A stretch of DNA of 64,000 nucleotides from an uncultured Verrucomicrobiae bacterium (GTDB lineage: Bacteria > Verrucomicrobiota > Verrucomicrobiia > Chthoniobacterales > JAFAMB01): contig CAWAIK010000001.1 in the NCBI GenBank assembly GCA_963782115.1, positions 288,001-352,000 on the forward strand, in the 5' to 3' direction. The notes under the pieces are model-generated. The model made no database searches, had not been told where the DNA came from, and saw only the letters and a list, made by a program, of their open reading frames with translations. Positions 42,176 through 52,818 of this stretch are shown piece by piece (within the stretch, counting starts at the first letter, position 1; the number at the start of each line of letters is the position of its first letter). A program made the position numbers and the translations under genes.

Positions 42176-43156
42176 ATGAAAAAGAGACTGTCTGTCGCGT
42201 TAGCACTACAGGAGACACATACTCTTTCCTCTGAGTGGATATGGGGTGATGAGATATTAGCCAGAGGTCTAACTAAGTATCTCAACCAAAGCTACGACTG
42301 CCAACTTGTCGATGGGGCGGACTGCCAGGCATTATCGAACCAGGAAAGGTTCGACGTTGCTATCTATTTTCATCCCTGGCTTGAAGCCAGGATAGCTCGC
42401 TTTAATCTCGTGTGGCTTCAGAGTCCGCGTGAGGGATTTTGGTCGCACCTTACGGACAACCAATGGATTCAGCATTGGTTCGACATGGTTAGCAGCAGAT
42501 TCAATGGCGTTTTATGTGCCAGTAAAGTCCTCACGGATCAGTTCGCTAAGCGCGGTTTACAGGCATATTATTTCCCACAATTCGCTGACACTAATATTTA
42601 TCGTCGTCACGAGCTTGGCGGAACAGGTTCAAGTTTTGATTGTATCCTTGTCGGGAACAACATTAAAGGTGAATCGGTCAACCGGCGGGGGATCTATCCG
42701 ATTGCGGAGTTCTGTATGCGCGAAGGGTTACGTTTCGGATTATTCGGTGCGGGTTGGCGATCTGCAGAAGAGTGGCGGCTGCTGTCGCCTTTTGTTCGCG
42801 GTCCCGTAGCCGCGATGAGGGTACCGGCGTTATATTCTGAAACGAAAGTTGTTTTGAATGTCCATTTTCCCTCGCACCGTCGTTTTGGAATCTTCACTTC
42901 ACGCGTCTATGAAGGTCTGGCATGTGAGGCATTCGTTGTTTCAGACTCGGTACTGGACTCTGGCGAGATACCGAAAACGGCAGCGCTTTGGACTTCAGAG
43001 CCCGACGGGCTAGTCGGCGGAATTGCTCGATGCCTGGAAATGTCACCGGCGAAAGCCGACGAGATCCGTCGCCAAGGGCGAACTCTCGTACAGAACGAGC
43101 ATTCCGCGGCGACTCGGGCGAAAACAGTCGAACGGATTATTTCGTCGCATTCCTGA
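42176..43156 (+). CDS. Glycosyltransferase (CgeB / Glyco_trans_1_2-like)
   Basis: WGD, ILVGN, FGAGW, LYSETKVVLNVH, RVYEGLACEAFVVSD, EHS..R. Confidence 0.75.
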   Translation: MKKRLSVALALQETHTLSSEWIWGDEILARGLTKYLNQSYDCQLVDGADCQALSNQERFDVAIYFHPWLEARIARFNLVWLQSPREGFWSHLTDNQWIQHWFDMVSSRFNGVLCASKVLTDQFAKRGLQAYYFPQFADTNIYRRHELGGTGSSFDCILVGNNIKGESVNRRGIYPIAEFCMREGLRFGLFGAGWRSAEEWRLLSPFVRGPVAAMRVPALYSETKVVLNVHFPSHRRFGIFTSRVYEGLACEAFVVSDSVLDSGEIPKTAALWTSEPDGLVGGIARCLEMSPAKADEIRRQGRTLVQNEHSAATRAKTVERIISSHS

Positions 43157-43172
43157 AAGAATCATCTCGCGC

Positions 43173-43457
43173 TCAACCCGCGTCCTGGTCCTTGCTGGAA
43201 TCCTCGCCTTTAGTAAAAGACCTTGCCCAAATCGTTTCTCCAACGGTGATCGTTGGAGGGCCATCGTTAGTAATCCAGATTTTGCGCAACCCCTCCGGCG
43301 AATTCAAGAGCGGTGGAGCATAGGCCGAAGGACCCAGTTTCTCAAGATCTAGCTCAATACGCTCGCACCGACCCGGGACATCGATCTCGACCTCGATCCA
43401 CGAAAGGCCGGAATCTTGCAAATCAATGTGAGTTACGGAAGCTCTGATCGGAATCAT
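43173..43457 (-). CDS. Small hypothetical protein, preceded by a truncated paralog
   Basis: 94-aa ATG ORF; 87-bp diverged repeat at 43267-43353 / 43469-43555. Confidence 0.45.
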   Translation of the reverse strand: MIPIRASVTHIDLQDSGLSWIEVEIDVPGRCERIELDLEKLGPSAYAPPLLNSPEGLRKIWITNDGPPTITVGETIWARSFTKGEDSSKDQDAG

Positions 43458-43559
43458 TTTCTTGACTCTTAGTAATTGAGATTTTTCGCCACTCCTCCGG
43501 CGAATTCAAGGGCGGTCGAGCATAGGCCAAAGGACCCTGTTTTTCAAGATCTAGCGAGG

Positions 43560-43956
43560 CGGCGCCGCAGACCCCGAGATGTGGGGGTCTCAAGGTCCAG
43601 TGACATCTGCAAAGGATGTTGGGAACGGACGCCCTGACCGCATCCCACACAGGTGGCGTGGTAAAGTGGTCAGCCGTATGACGTGGGGGACGCACCGGCG
43701 GAATATCTTCAATGAGCTACTCGATCGCATCCTGGTCCTTGAACTGCGTGCCACCGCACTTTGGACAGGAACAGAGTTTGACCTCGAGGGACTCATCGAT
43801 CTGCTCAGGCTAGGCTCTGGCCGACAGGCGCCCGGATGTCCCCGCTTGCGCCCCGGCCGCTTGGGCGCCACGGCGCGTTTTTGGGGGTCGCCACGGAAAG
43901 GAGCGGCTTGGCGGTGCGCGGCGCATTGGGCCTCTTCGAGCGCCGCTTCCAACTGA
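43560..43956 (-). pseudogene. IS66-family transposase remnant
   Basis: AHRQAAPFR..KRPGRKRGHPG, zinc-finger CSCPKCGG, EDIPPVRP; contains stops and frameshifts. Confidence 0.75.
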
Positions 43957-44357
43957 AGCTGGCAGAGAGGACCTAAACGGCATGTCTAAGTGCCCTGAAC
44001 TGCAGTGATGTACCGCGTACTCCGACATCATCCGATTGGGCCAGAAAAGACTAGAATTGTTGCTCATTCTGAACCAGAATACCGCGATCGAACGATCCGC
44101 TTGATTCAGCCGCGGAGCTTTTTGAGGTGAAGCCTACCGGTCTGATCGCCCGGGCAGAAAAGTTGGGTTTGAAGCGACATGCTTGAAAGAGCGCATACGA
44201 CTGTAAAATGAGCCTATTTTGCCTCAGCCCTAGCCATCAGACAGCGGCAGAGGACGTGCGCGAAAGATTCGCGATTACGGAATCTGCTTTGCCGAGAGCG
44301 TTCGCGCGACTGAAAACGATGCCGGTATTGAGCGAGGGCCTGATCGTCTCGACTCCT

Positions 44358-44520
44358 AGCCGCTGCCGAAGCTTCCGGTATGAATGACCTGCTGCTGACA
44401 CTAAAATGACCTATGCACGCTTGACTAACTCGACCGCCAGAGAAAGCTGCCGCCTCCTGCGCATCAATTCAGGCGACTCCGGCGGCGCCAACGCAATTCT
44501 GCCTGGACTCACGGCTGCCA
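44358..44520 (-). pseudogene. IS630-like transposase N-terminal remnant, copy 2
   Basis: IAL..PELMRRRRQLSLAVELVKRA*VILVSAAGHSYRKLRQRL resembles IS630 HTH N-termini. Confidence 0.55.
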
Positions 44521-44624
44521 GTGTACAACATTACTCAACCAGTCGTAAGCGCCGCCCGCAATCTCGGAACGGCGCTTTGAACCTGGATGGATGGAGCCGA
44601 ATTGCTCATTCTGGCGGCTATTTA

Positions 44625-45815
44625 TTGTCCTTCACCATCAACTGGTCGCTGCCTTTGTTGGCTCTTTGTCTGATCCCCGCGCGGCTGTTGGCTTGGACTA
44701 ATGGCGAGCTTTCAATCTGGCTCGACCCCGACCGCGGGCATGCCCTCGCGCCGATTATACAGAAATTCGAAAACGATTCAGGGATCAAGATCACGTTACA
44801 GTCGCCCGAAAATAGAACTGATGATTTCGCGATGGCCGTGCAAGTGGGCAAGGGCCCGGACATCGTCGTTTGGGCACACGATATAGTCGGGGAATGGGCG
44901 GATGCAGGTATAATTGCGCCGATTGAGGTCTCGCAAGAATTGCGCAATAGGTTCCTCTCGAAAGCGTGGGAAGCTGTGGTTCACCGGAATTTGATTTGGG
45001 GGTATCCGATCGCTTTGGAAACGGTATCTTTGATTTATAACAAAACACTTCTCGATGGTCCTCCGCCGGCACAGCTTTCCGAACTGGTAGCCCTGGACGC
45101 GAAAATCAGGAAGAAGCACTCCGAGGCGACAGCCATCCTTTGGGACTACAACAGTCCCTACTATTCATGGGGGATTCTGGCGAGTGCGGGGGGCTACGTT
45201 TTTGGGAAGAAGGGAAGAGATTATGACCCGCAGGATGTCGGCGTGGCAACTCCTGGAGCGATCGACGGGCTTTCAGAAATAGTCAGCCTGATCCGAGCGG
45301 GTGTCCTGCCGAAAAGTGTCACCTACAGCACGGTGGAAGAACTGATGGCACGAGGCAAGCTTGCCACGATGATCTCTGGCCCGTGGGCCTGGCCCAACCT
45401 GATAAAGAGCGGAATCGACTTTGGGCTGGCACCGATTCCGGGGGTGGACGGCCATCCCGGTCGCCCCTTTGTCGGGGTGTCCGTCGCTTATCTCAACCGT
45501 TCGAGCCCGAACCAGGATCTGGCCAGAGAATTCCTGGAGCACTACATGCTTACCGAAGAGGGACTAACCGCGATGGACCACGGAAAGCCGCTTGGGATTC
45601 CGGCCCTGATCTCGCTGGAAGAAACGATGGTCAAAAATGACCCGCTATTACATCAGTTTAACGTTTGTGTGGATGGCGGCGAGGTAATGCCAAACATCCC
45701 GCAGATGGGCCGTTTCTTTAGTTCCGTTGGTGCGGCGTTGCAGATAGCGACCAACGGCCAGGCTTCTCCGGAGGCAGCCTTGAAGGAAGCCGCGGCAAGC
45801 ATGCGCCACTTGTGA
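44625..45815 (+). CDS. malE: Maltose/maltodextrin ABC substrate-binding protein
   Basis: Signal peptide, GPDIVVWAHD..GEWA, YPIALETVSLIYNK, ISGPWAW, PFVGV, GEVMPNIPQM. Start estimated at TTG 44625. Confidence 0.9.
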   Translation: MSFTINWSLPLLALCLIPARLLAWTNGELSIWLDPDRGHALAPIIQKFENDSGIKITLQSPENRTDDFAMAVQVGKGPDIVVWAHDIVGEWADAGIIAPIEVSQELRNRFLSKAWEAVVHRNLIWGYPIALETVSLIYNKTLLDGPPPAQLSELVALDAKIRKKHSEATAILWDYNSPYYSWGILASAGGYVFGKKGRDYDPQDVGVATPGAIDGLSEIVSLIRAGVLPKSVTYSTVEELMARGKLATMISGPWAWPNLIKSGIDFGLAPIPGVDGHPGRPFVGVSVAYLNRSSPNQDLAREFLEHYMLTEEGLTAMDHGKPLGIPALISLEETMVKNDPLLHQFNVCVDGGEVMPNIPQMGRFFSSVGAALQIATNGQASPEAALKEAAASMRHL

Positions 45816-45889
45816 GGATCCGTGGGGTATGAAAGTTGTCATAACGGGTGAATGGGGCGCTGTACACAACATCTAAGGAGGTGGTTCAG

Positions 45890-46843
45890 ATGATCAGAAA
45901 ACTCATTATTTCTTGCTTTGTAGTGTTCATAGCCAGTTTTTCTTTCGCTGCACAAAAAGAGGTGTATTACATCGTAGCACATGGTGGGATAACAAATCCC
46001 TTCTGGCAGCGAACTCTTAAAGGCGCAGAGGACGCTGGCAAAGAACTTGGCGTAGAGGTCCATTTCCTCGCACCACAGCAGTACGACATCAAAGAGATGG
46101 TGGATATGCTAGATACGGTGATTGCCAGTAAGCCAACCGGGATTGCGTCGACTCTTTCGATCCCCGAGATGACGGACGAACCGCTTCGTACCGCAGCTAA
46201 GAATGGTATCCCGGTAGTGCTTCTAGACGCCAACGACGACAGACCGAATCCCATTCCCCATATTGCGTTCGTGGGTTGGAATGCATATGGAATCGGTACA
46301 CTATCGGCCAACAAGATCATTGACGAATTGGGCATGAAGCCGAAGCACGTCCTTATCGGGTTGCACGAGGCTGGTAACATAGCTTTGGAAGCACGAGCGC
46401 AAGGAATGGTTGACGTTTTTACAAAGCGACTCGGCCCAAGTGTGAAGATCGACAAGCTTCTGACCACTGTTGACATGGCGAAGGCAATGTCGGCATATGA
46501 CAGTTTCCTGACCTCGCATTCGGACGTGGATCTGATCTTCGCAGCAGGCTCAGCAAGCGGTGACCCGGCGATCAAGTTCCTTGAAGAGAAGAATCTTCAG
46601 GGCAAGATCACCCTCGTTACAGCTGATCTCTCAGAGCAAATCATGGGAGGAATTGAGCGCGGCACTGTGGCGTTCACCTCTGACTGTCAACAGTATTTGT
46701 GGGGATATTTGCCTGTCATCTACCTGCATCTATATCACAAATACGGCATCCGACCTATATCCCCTACATTTACTGGACCGTCAATTATCGACAAGTCCAA
46801 TCTCGAGGCTGTCAAGGCTCTAGTTTCCGAAGGCATCAGATAG
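45890..46843 (+). CDS. Sugar ABC transporter substrate-binding protein (RbsB-like)
   Basis: Signal peptide, VAHG..NPFW, GIPVV, QQYLWGYLP; strong TAAGGAGGT RBS. Confidence 0.9.
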   Translation: MIRKLIISCFVVFIASFSFAAQKEVYYIVAHGGITNPFWQRTLKGAEDAGKELGVEVHFLAPQQYDIKEMVDMLDTVIASKPTGIASTLSIPEMTDEPLRTAAKNGIPVVLLDANDDRPNPIPHIAFVGWNAYGIGTLSANKIIDELGMKPKHVLIGLHEAGNIALEARAQGMVDVFTKRLGPSVKIDKLLTTVDMAKAMSAYDSFLTSHSDVDLIFAAGSASGDPAIKFLEEKNLQGKITLVTADLSEQIMGGIERGTVAFTSDCQQYLWGYLPVIYLHLYHKYGIRPISPTFTGPSIIDKSNLEAVKALVSEGIR

Positions 46844-46946
46844 AGGAAAGAAGTCTCGGAAAGGGGGAGAACGGCCCGTGAAGGTGTTCTCCCGCGCCGT
46901 CGCGGCGGCGTTTGGGGAGGTTGCCTTGAGCAAGAGAGAAAGCACT

Positions 46947-47972
46947 ATGGAGCGATTTCAGATCCGCCAAAAGGGTGGTTCAACCTTGTCTCAGCGTAGA
47001 AAAGCGCCGCTTGTCATGAGGATGATGAGATATTCGCTAACGCCGCCTGCACTTGGTTTTATCGTTGTTTTCATGTTCTTTGCGATAGCGGCACCAAGCT
47101 TGTTCCTGACGGCGTCCAATCTCGCAGTTGTGCTGACCACTTCGACCGACGTCGGAATAGTGGTAGTCGGCGTCGGAATGCTCATGATAGCCGGAGAATT
47201 CGACCTCTCGGTTGGCTCGGTCTTCGGTATGTCCTCCGTCTTGTTTGCCTTACTCTCAAACCAGGGCATAAATCCTTTCCTGAGTTTGCTTCTAGTACTG
47301 ATTATTGCGCTTTTGGTCGGCGCCTTGAACGGTGTCATAACCATAAAAGGCAAAATACCATCGTTTATTACAACGCTCGGGATGATGATGTTCATCCGCG
47401 GTTTATTGTTACTTCGCACCGGCGGCTGGGACGTAATCTACAAGTCCAGTGACAAACTGCTGCTGTCTATTCTCGGCGGCAAAATAGGTGATTCTGGACT
47501 TCGCTGGAGTATTGCATGGTTTCTCGCTTTGACAATTCTTCTATTTATTGTTGTAGAGCACACGCAATATGGCAATCACATACTAGCATCAGGCGGGAAT
47601 AGTTCGGTGGCCCGTCACGTAGGAGTTAACGCTGATCGTATCAAGATCAGTGCGTTTTTGATTTCCGCGCTATTAGCTGGGTTTGGCGGTTGCGTTCACA
47701 TGGCTCGGTTTACCGCGGCGGATTCGACTCTCGGAACGGGAATGGAACTGGAAACGATCACGGCTTGTGTAATTGGAGGCATATCACTTCTCGGTGGTTA
47801 CGGGAATATGTTGGGCGCTTTTGTCGGCGCAATCCTTATTAGCATGATTCAGTCTGGACTCATCCTTATCGGCGTTCCTGGATACTTCTATATCGGGGTT
47901 TTAGGTTTCGTGCTCGTGGTCACTGCTTTCATTAACAACTACTTCGCGAGGCGAATTAGAGTGATGAGATAG
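46947..47972 (+). CDS. Sugar ABC transporter permease (RbsC-like)
   Basis: IAGEFDLSVGS, IPSFITTLG, YGNHILASGGN, ELETITACVIGG..GG.G. Confidence 0.92.
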   Translation: MERFQIRQKGGSTLSQRRKAPLVMRMMRYSLTPPALGFIVVFMFFAIAAPSLFLTASNLAVVLTTSTDVGIVVVGVGMLMIAGEFDLSVGSVFGMSSVLFALLSNQGINPFLSLLLVLIIALLVGALNGVITIKGKIPSFITTLGMMMFIRGLLLLRTGGWDVIYKSSDKLLLSILGGKIGDSGLRWSIAWFLALTILLFIVVEHTQYGNHILASGGNSSVARHVGVNADRIKISAFLISALLAGFGGCVHMARFTAADSTLGTGMELETITACVIGGISLLGGYGNMLGAFVGAILISMIQSGLILIGVPGYFYIGVLGFVLVVTAFINNYFARRIRVMR

Positions 47973-47976
47973 GGCT

Positions 47977-48762
47977 ATGGAAGCGACGAGGCCAGCGATG
48001 GGGGCGGAAGGAACGGCAGTGCTTCGACTGAGAGGGGTGACAAAATATTTCGGAGGCATTTCGGCGCTTGATGGAATAGATTTTGAAGTAAAGCGCGGTG
48101 AAATAGTAGGGCTCATCGGAGATAACGGCGCCGGCAAATCGACTTTGGTCAAAATTATCATGGGCGTACACAAACCGGACGCCGGGGAAATGTACTTTAA
48201 TGGCGAGAAAGTTCTATTCCACTCACCGATCGATGCTCGGAAAGCCGGCATCGAGGTGGTTTATCAGGATCTTGCTTTGATAGATCTTATGAGTACCTAT
48301 CGTAATTTCTATTTGGGAAGGGAACCGAAACGTTGGCGAGGACCGCTGCGCCTGCTCGATTTCCCAAAAATGAAAGAAGTAACGGAGAGATCCCTGGCTT
48401 CGGTGGGCATTCGCCTTCGAGATCTTGACCAACCAGTGTCCGTTCTTTCAGGAGGTGAAAGACAATCGTTGGCGATTAGTCGAGCATTCTTTTTTGGAGC
48501 ACACCTTATGCTCATGGATGAGCCTGTTGCGGCGCTCTCCGTTAAAGAGACAAACAAAGTTATGGGATCGATTCGAGCGATCGCATCTCAAGGCGGTTCT
48601 GTTGTGATAGTCGCCCACAACATCTATCAAATCCACCCCATTGTCGATCGATTCTATGTACTTTCGCGCGGCAGAGAGCTCGGGCAATTTAAGCAAGGAG
48701 AGGTCACTCCAGAGGAGATTATTGAGATCTTGGTTGGGGACCATAATTGTGAAGAGACTTGA
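47977..48762 (+). CDS. Sugar ABC transporter ATP-binding protein (single domain)
   Basis: Walker A GDNGAGKST, LSGGERQ, LMDEP. Confidence 0.93.
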   Translation: MEATRPAMGAEGTAVLRLRGVTKYFGGISALDGIDFEVKRGEIVGLIGDNGAGKSTLVKIIMGVHKPDAGEMYFNGEKVLFHSPIDARKAGIEVVYQDLALIDLMSTYRNFYLGREPKRWRGPLRLLDFPKMKEVTERSLASVGIRLRDLDQPVSVLSGGERQSLAISRAFFFGAHLMLMDEPVAALSVKETNKVMGSIRAIASQGGSVVIVAHNIYQIHPIVDRFYVLSRGRELGQFKQGEVTPEEIIEILVGDHNCEET

Positions 48763-49305
48763 GGCGAGTTTTACCTAACAGAGAGCTATAACCGAATTTT
48801 GTGGATGCGCGGCTTCCACGGCAGCTGCCAAGAGCCTGATGATCGATCGGACCGCGAAAAAATCTGTGCACTTGAAATGCGTGCGCCCGCCGAGTCGGCG
48901 CCATTTTTGCGGATGACTCATTTTGCATCTTTCGATGCCGTCCGACCGGAGGTGGGGGTCCGATATCTGCAATGCTTGCGGAAATACCCAGGTCATCCGC
49001 CGGGCGCTCTGACGCGACTCGTGGTCGAGCGTCGGAGGGCAGATCTTCCTAGGATTGCGTTGAACGCTTTGACGCCGCTTGCCCCGTTCAGGTGCGCGGC
49101 AACCAGTGCTCTCGTCATGGTGTCTGCAGGTTATGACTGCAAAATAGGGGACGCGAAAAAGCCTGACGCGAGGAGCTACGCTTATAACAGGAGCAGGAAA
49201 TGCAACCAGACTCTTTTGACGAGACTTTCCAGCATCGTTTCTCCCGTGTGGCTGTTTCCGCCGGTATTGTCTTCCTCGAAAAGTAAGCGGGGGTTTCGGG
49301 CTTAG

Positions 49306-49548
49306 TCAGCTGGTGTACCCCTCGACAGTCTTCTCGTCTCGGACTTGGGCTGCATCAGGGTCGAGTCCGGCTGCCCGCCGAGCTCCCCGCTGGCGGAGCA
49401 GATCCCAGCACTGGTCCAGCATGATCTGGAGACGTTGGAGCCGTTCGCGGTCGGCGTCCGTCGCGGTGCCGTGCGACTCCCTCGCAAACAATTCATGCTC
49501 CTCGCGTGCAAGCTCATTGATGTTCTCAATTACCATCTTGTCATCCAC
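49306..49548 (-). CDS. DUF2630 family protein
   Basis: I.EL..EEHEL..LDQCWDLLRQR.ARR..G.DPD.A..R...VEGY pattern. Confidence 0.85.
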   Translation of the reverse strand: MDDKMVIENINELAREEHELFARESHGTATDADRERLQRLQIMLDQCWDLLRQRGARRAAGLDPDAAQVRDEKTVEGYTS

Positions 49549-49875
49549 GGTGTCTCTCCTTTGTCAATTCCTGGCTCACTCTTTAACCTCTGCATGGTAT
49601 TTAAAGTGTCGACGGATTGCAAGCCGGAGAACTCAACGGCGAAATATGGAAAACGGTCAAGGTTCGTGATTGTCCTGATAAAGTTCGTACCAGAAAGCTC
49701 GTCACAGAACATACTTTCCGTGGCGAATCCAACAGCCAAATTGCCATCGGCATGAGGGTAAGCGCCCAAATGACGCTCGAACTCGTACCAGAAAGTGAAC
49801 CGTGCCAAATGCGGATTCCCCAGCGCGCTGCTAAAAGAGTGCTTGCCTCGCGAACCGACCACGGTGAATGCCTAC

Positions 49876-50363
49876 GTATGTGGTGTTTAGCGCGATGTCT
49901 CAGCAGCTCAAAAGCCTTTTGCCTTACATCGCGCGCTACGAAAAACAGATCGCCGAACTCTTCCATGCTCATCCGCATAGTTTCCTGTTTCGGGATTTAC
50001 TGGGCCTTTGGCACTGATCGGGGGCTTAGATGGGGCTCCGGGACGTAGGCCGTTTCTATCGAAGGGATTGTCTTTGTGACCTTTGTGATCTTCTGTGCAA
50101 ATGATTTTCTTCGTCCCCCGGCACTAAGACAGAAAAAAAGCAAAAGTCATTTTTGAACAGAAGATCGCAAAGATCACAAAGAGTCACTGTCTTTAAGAGC
50201 CAGCGCAGGCACGTGGGCCTGCATTGTCTAAATCTCGATCAGCAACGAATGAAACGCCCCTTAATCCCCACTCGTCCTCTTGTTCTGAAATCGTAATCGT
50301 CGTCGTTCTCGACTTCTATGGACGGGGGAAACGCGCCGATTGCCGACAACGTTCAAAGATCGA
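49876..50363 (+). repeat. ~485-bp repeat, copy 2 (IS110-like remnant plus hairpin repeat)
   Basis: Reverse complement of 11268-11752. Encodes SQQLKSLLPYIARYEKQIAELFHAHPHSFLFRDLLG, which resembles the IS110 linker/HhH segment. Confidence 0.9.
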
Positions 50364-50669
50364 GACATCTGAGGTGAGCCTTTCGAGAATTGCTCCTTCA
50401 ACGACCGCGCCGGCATCGGCGTCAAATCATCGCTAATAAGCCCTCTCCTCGCTGCTTCTGTGCTTTTGCTAATGATTCTCCTCACCTGTTTTAGAAAGCG
50501 GGTTCGTGGGATGAGCCGCATGGGGATTGCAGGATTCCGCCGTCCATCCAGCCTTGGCCGCTCTATCCGGCATCTCCGGCCTTCGGCCGGGAGGAACGTC
50601 AAACTCGCAACTTTATTTCCCTCGCTTCGCAACGATTAACAAATGCAGTTGGACCAGGTCGTTCACTAG

Positions 50670-50800
50670 GTGTTTGCCGAGAGTGCAAAAAATTTTCCGG
50701 AGGCGTACTGGACGTCCCAGCGAGTTCGATCCAATTCCAGATAGCCCTGGGCGGCGATCGTTTCGGCCTCAGTCTGGCCTATAACCGCGGAAAAAGTGAC
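50670..50800 (-). pseudogene. YceI-like protein C-terminal fragment
   Basis: VTFSAVI..IAAQGYLELDRTRWDVQYASGKFF. Confidence 0.55.
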
Positions 50801-50997
50801 TTGGTCAGTCGACGGCTTCGCGAACCCCTGGCGCGCTGCAGTACTCTCGCCTCGCTTTCTTCTTGTCATCGGCGTCGTTATCGTTCTTGATCTTTTGGCT
50901 TTCTGTTGTTTGAACCCACGTCCGCTTTAATGCGGCAAATCGAATTTGTACGGAGAACGCGGTGGGCGTCGACGAGTGGATTGCTAGAGAAAATCGT

Positions 50998-52818
50998 ATG
51001 TCCAGAGAATATCAGCCGATCGAGAACTATGGGATTATCGGGAACTTGCAGACGGTTGCCCTCGTTGGGATAGACGGGTCGATTGACTTTCTTTGTTTCC
51101 CCTATTTCGACTCGCCTTCGATTTTTGCGAGTTTGCTAGATGCGGAACGCGGAGGATGTTTTAGCTTGTCGCCCGTTTTACAGAATCAACGTCCGAGACA
51201 GATTTATCTTGTAAATTCGAACATTCTTTTGACTCGGTTCCTTTCCCCTGACGGAGTGGCGGAAGTCAGTGACTATATGCCAATCTCGCTGGAGTCGCGG
51301 GAAGATCGCTACGACCGGATTCATCAGCTAATCCGTCGAGCGAAGTGTGTCCGAGGGGAGGTCAAGTTTCAAATGATCTGTGATCCGCAGTTCGACTATG
51401 GCCGCGCCAATCATGAGGTGAAGCTTCTTTCCGAACAGGCAGGGGTCTTTATTCCGGGAGGGCGCGAAGTGGCGGTTAAAGCGATTCGACTTCGAGCCCA
51501 GACGCCATTGGTCGTATCTGAAGGACGGTTGCAATCGGAATTTGTTTTGCGTTCGGGAGAAAGTGTCTTTTTCATCCTCGATGGTGATGAGAATGGGCCA
51601 CACGCGATTGATCGGGTTCGCCAAGCCTTCGAATTCAAGGCTACCCTCAATTTTTGGCAGTCTTGGGTTGGCAAATCGAACTACCGAGGACGGTGGCGCG
51701 AGACCGTCGATCGTTCTGCGTTGGTGTTGAAACTCCTGACGAGTCAGCGCCACGGATCGATCGTAGCAGCGCCGACTTTTGGTTTGCCAGAAGAGATAGG
51801 TGGTGCACGGAACTGGGACTATCGTTACACTTGGATTCGCGACGCTAGTTTTACATTGTACGCTCTGAGCCGGCTCGGTTTTCTATCGGAGTCAAAGGCG
51901 TTCATACGTTGGTTGGCTGCTCGTTGCAAAGAACTGGGTCCTGACGAAGCCCTCCAGATTATGTATGGAATTGATGGGTGCCGCGATCTCACTGAATTCG
52001 TGCTCCCCCACTGGGAAGGCTATCGTAAAAGTTATCCGGTAAGGATAGGTAACGGTGCGCAAAATCAATTGCAGCTCGATATTTACGGCGAACTGATGGA
52101 TTCAATCTATCTATTCGACAAGTACGGCGAACCAATCGGTTACGAGCTGTGGCTGCAGCTCGTGCGCTTAATTGATTGGGTTTGCCAAAACTGGAACAAA
52201 GCGGATGAAGGAATCTGGGAAGTGAGAGGAGGTCGGCAGCCGCTATTTTACAGCCGACTAATGTGCTGGGTCGCGATTGATCGAGGGTTGCGTCTAGCCG
52301 CGAAGCGGAGTTTACCGGCTGTGGAAGGTTGGATAAAAGTGCGTGACGAAATTTACCGTCAGATCCATACAGAATTCTGGAACGAGGAATTGCAAAGCTT
52401 TGTGCAAACTAAGGGCGGCAGCACGTTGGACGCCGCATGTTTGTTGGCGCCATTGGTGAGATTCATTAGTCCGACGGATCCGCGATGGTTGTCGACACTG
52501 AGGTCGATAGAGCAAAAACTGGTGGATGATTCGTTGGTCTATCGATACAGGACCGAAGATGGGTTAACCGGAAGCGAAGGAACATTTTGTATGTGTTCTT
52601 TCTGGTACGTCGAGTGTGTGGCGAAGAGCGGCGACATCGACAAGGCGCGATTTCTTTTTGAGAAGATGCTGGGCTATGCGAATCATCTAGGACTGTATCC
52701 GGAAGAGCTAGGCCCATCGGGCGAGCATCTAGGCAACTTCCCGCAGGCGTTTACCCACATGGCGCTAATCAGCGCGGCCTTCGAATTGAACCGCAAGCTG
52801 GGCGAGAAAGGCAGTTAG
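50998..52818 (+). CDS. Glycoside hydrolase family 15 (glucoamylase/trehalase-like)
   Basis: PIENYGIIGN, AAPTFGLPE.IGG.RNWDYRYTWIRD, QLDIYGE, DEGIWEVR, EGTF..CSFW, GNFPQAFTH. Confidence 0.95.
   Translation: MSREYQPIENYGIIGNLQTVALVGIDGSIDFLCFPYFDSPSIFASLLDAERGGCFSLSPVLQNQRPRQIYLVNSNILLTRFLSPDGVAEVSDYMPISLESREDRYDRIHQLIRRAKCVRGEVKFQMICDPQFDYGRANHEVKLLSEQAGVFIPGGREVAVKAIRLRAQTPLVVSEGRLQSEFVLRSGESVFFILDGDENGPHAIDRVRQAFEFKATLNFWQSWVGKSNYRGRWRETVDRSALVLKLLTSQRHGSIVAAPTFGLPEEIGGARNWDYRYTWIRDASFTLYALSRLGFLSESKAFIRWLAARCKELGPDEALQIMYGIDGCRDLTEFVLPHWEGYRKSYPVRIGNGAQNQLQLDIYGELMDSIYLFDKYGEPIGYELWLQLVRLIDWVCQNWNKADEGIWEVRGGRQPLFYSRLMCWVAIDRGLRLAAKRSLPAVEGWIKVRDEIYRQIHTEFWNEELQSFVQTKGGSTLDAACLLAPLVRFISPTDPRWLSTLRSIEQKLVDDSLVYRYRTEDGLTGSEGTFCMCSFWYVECVAKSGDIDKARFLFEKMLGYANHLGLYPEELGPSGEHLGNFPQAFTHMALISAAFELNRKLGEKGS

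Noticed and set aside
44406..44624. Long N-terminal extension of MalE
   Set aside because: It overlaps the IS630-like remnant; the signal peptide begins near 44625.
48775..49305. 168-aa ORF and overlapping short ORFs after the ABC ATPase
   Set aside because: No motifs, atypical composition, no convincing start.
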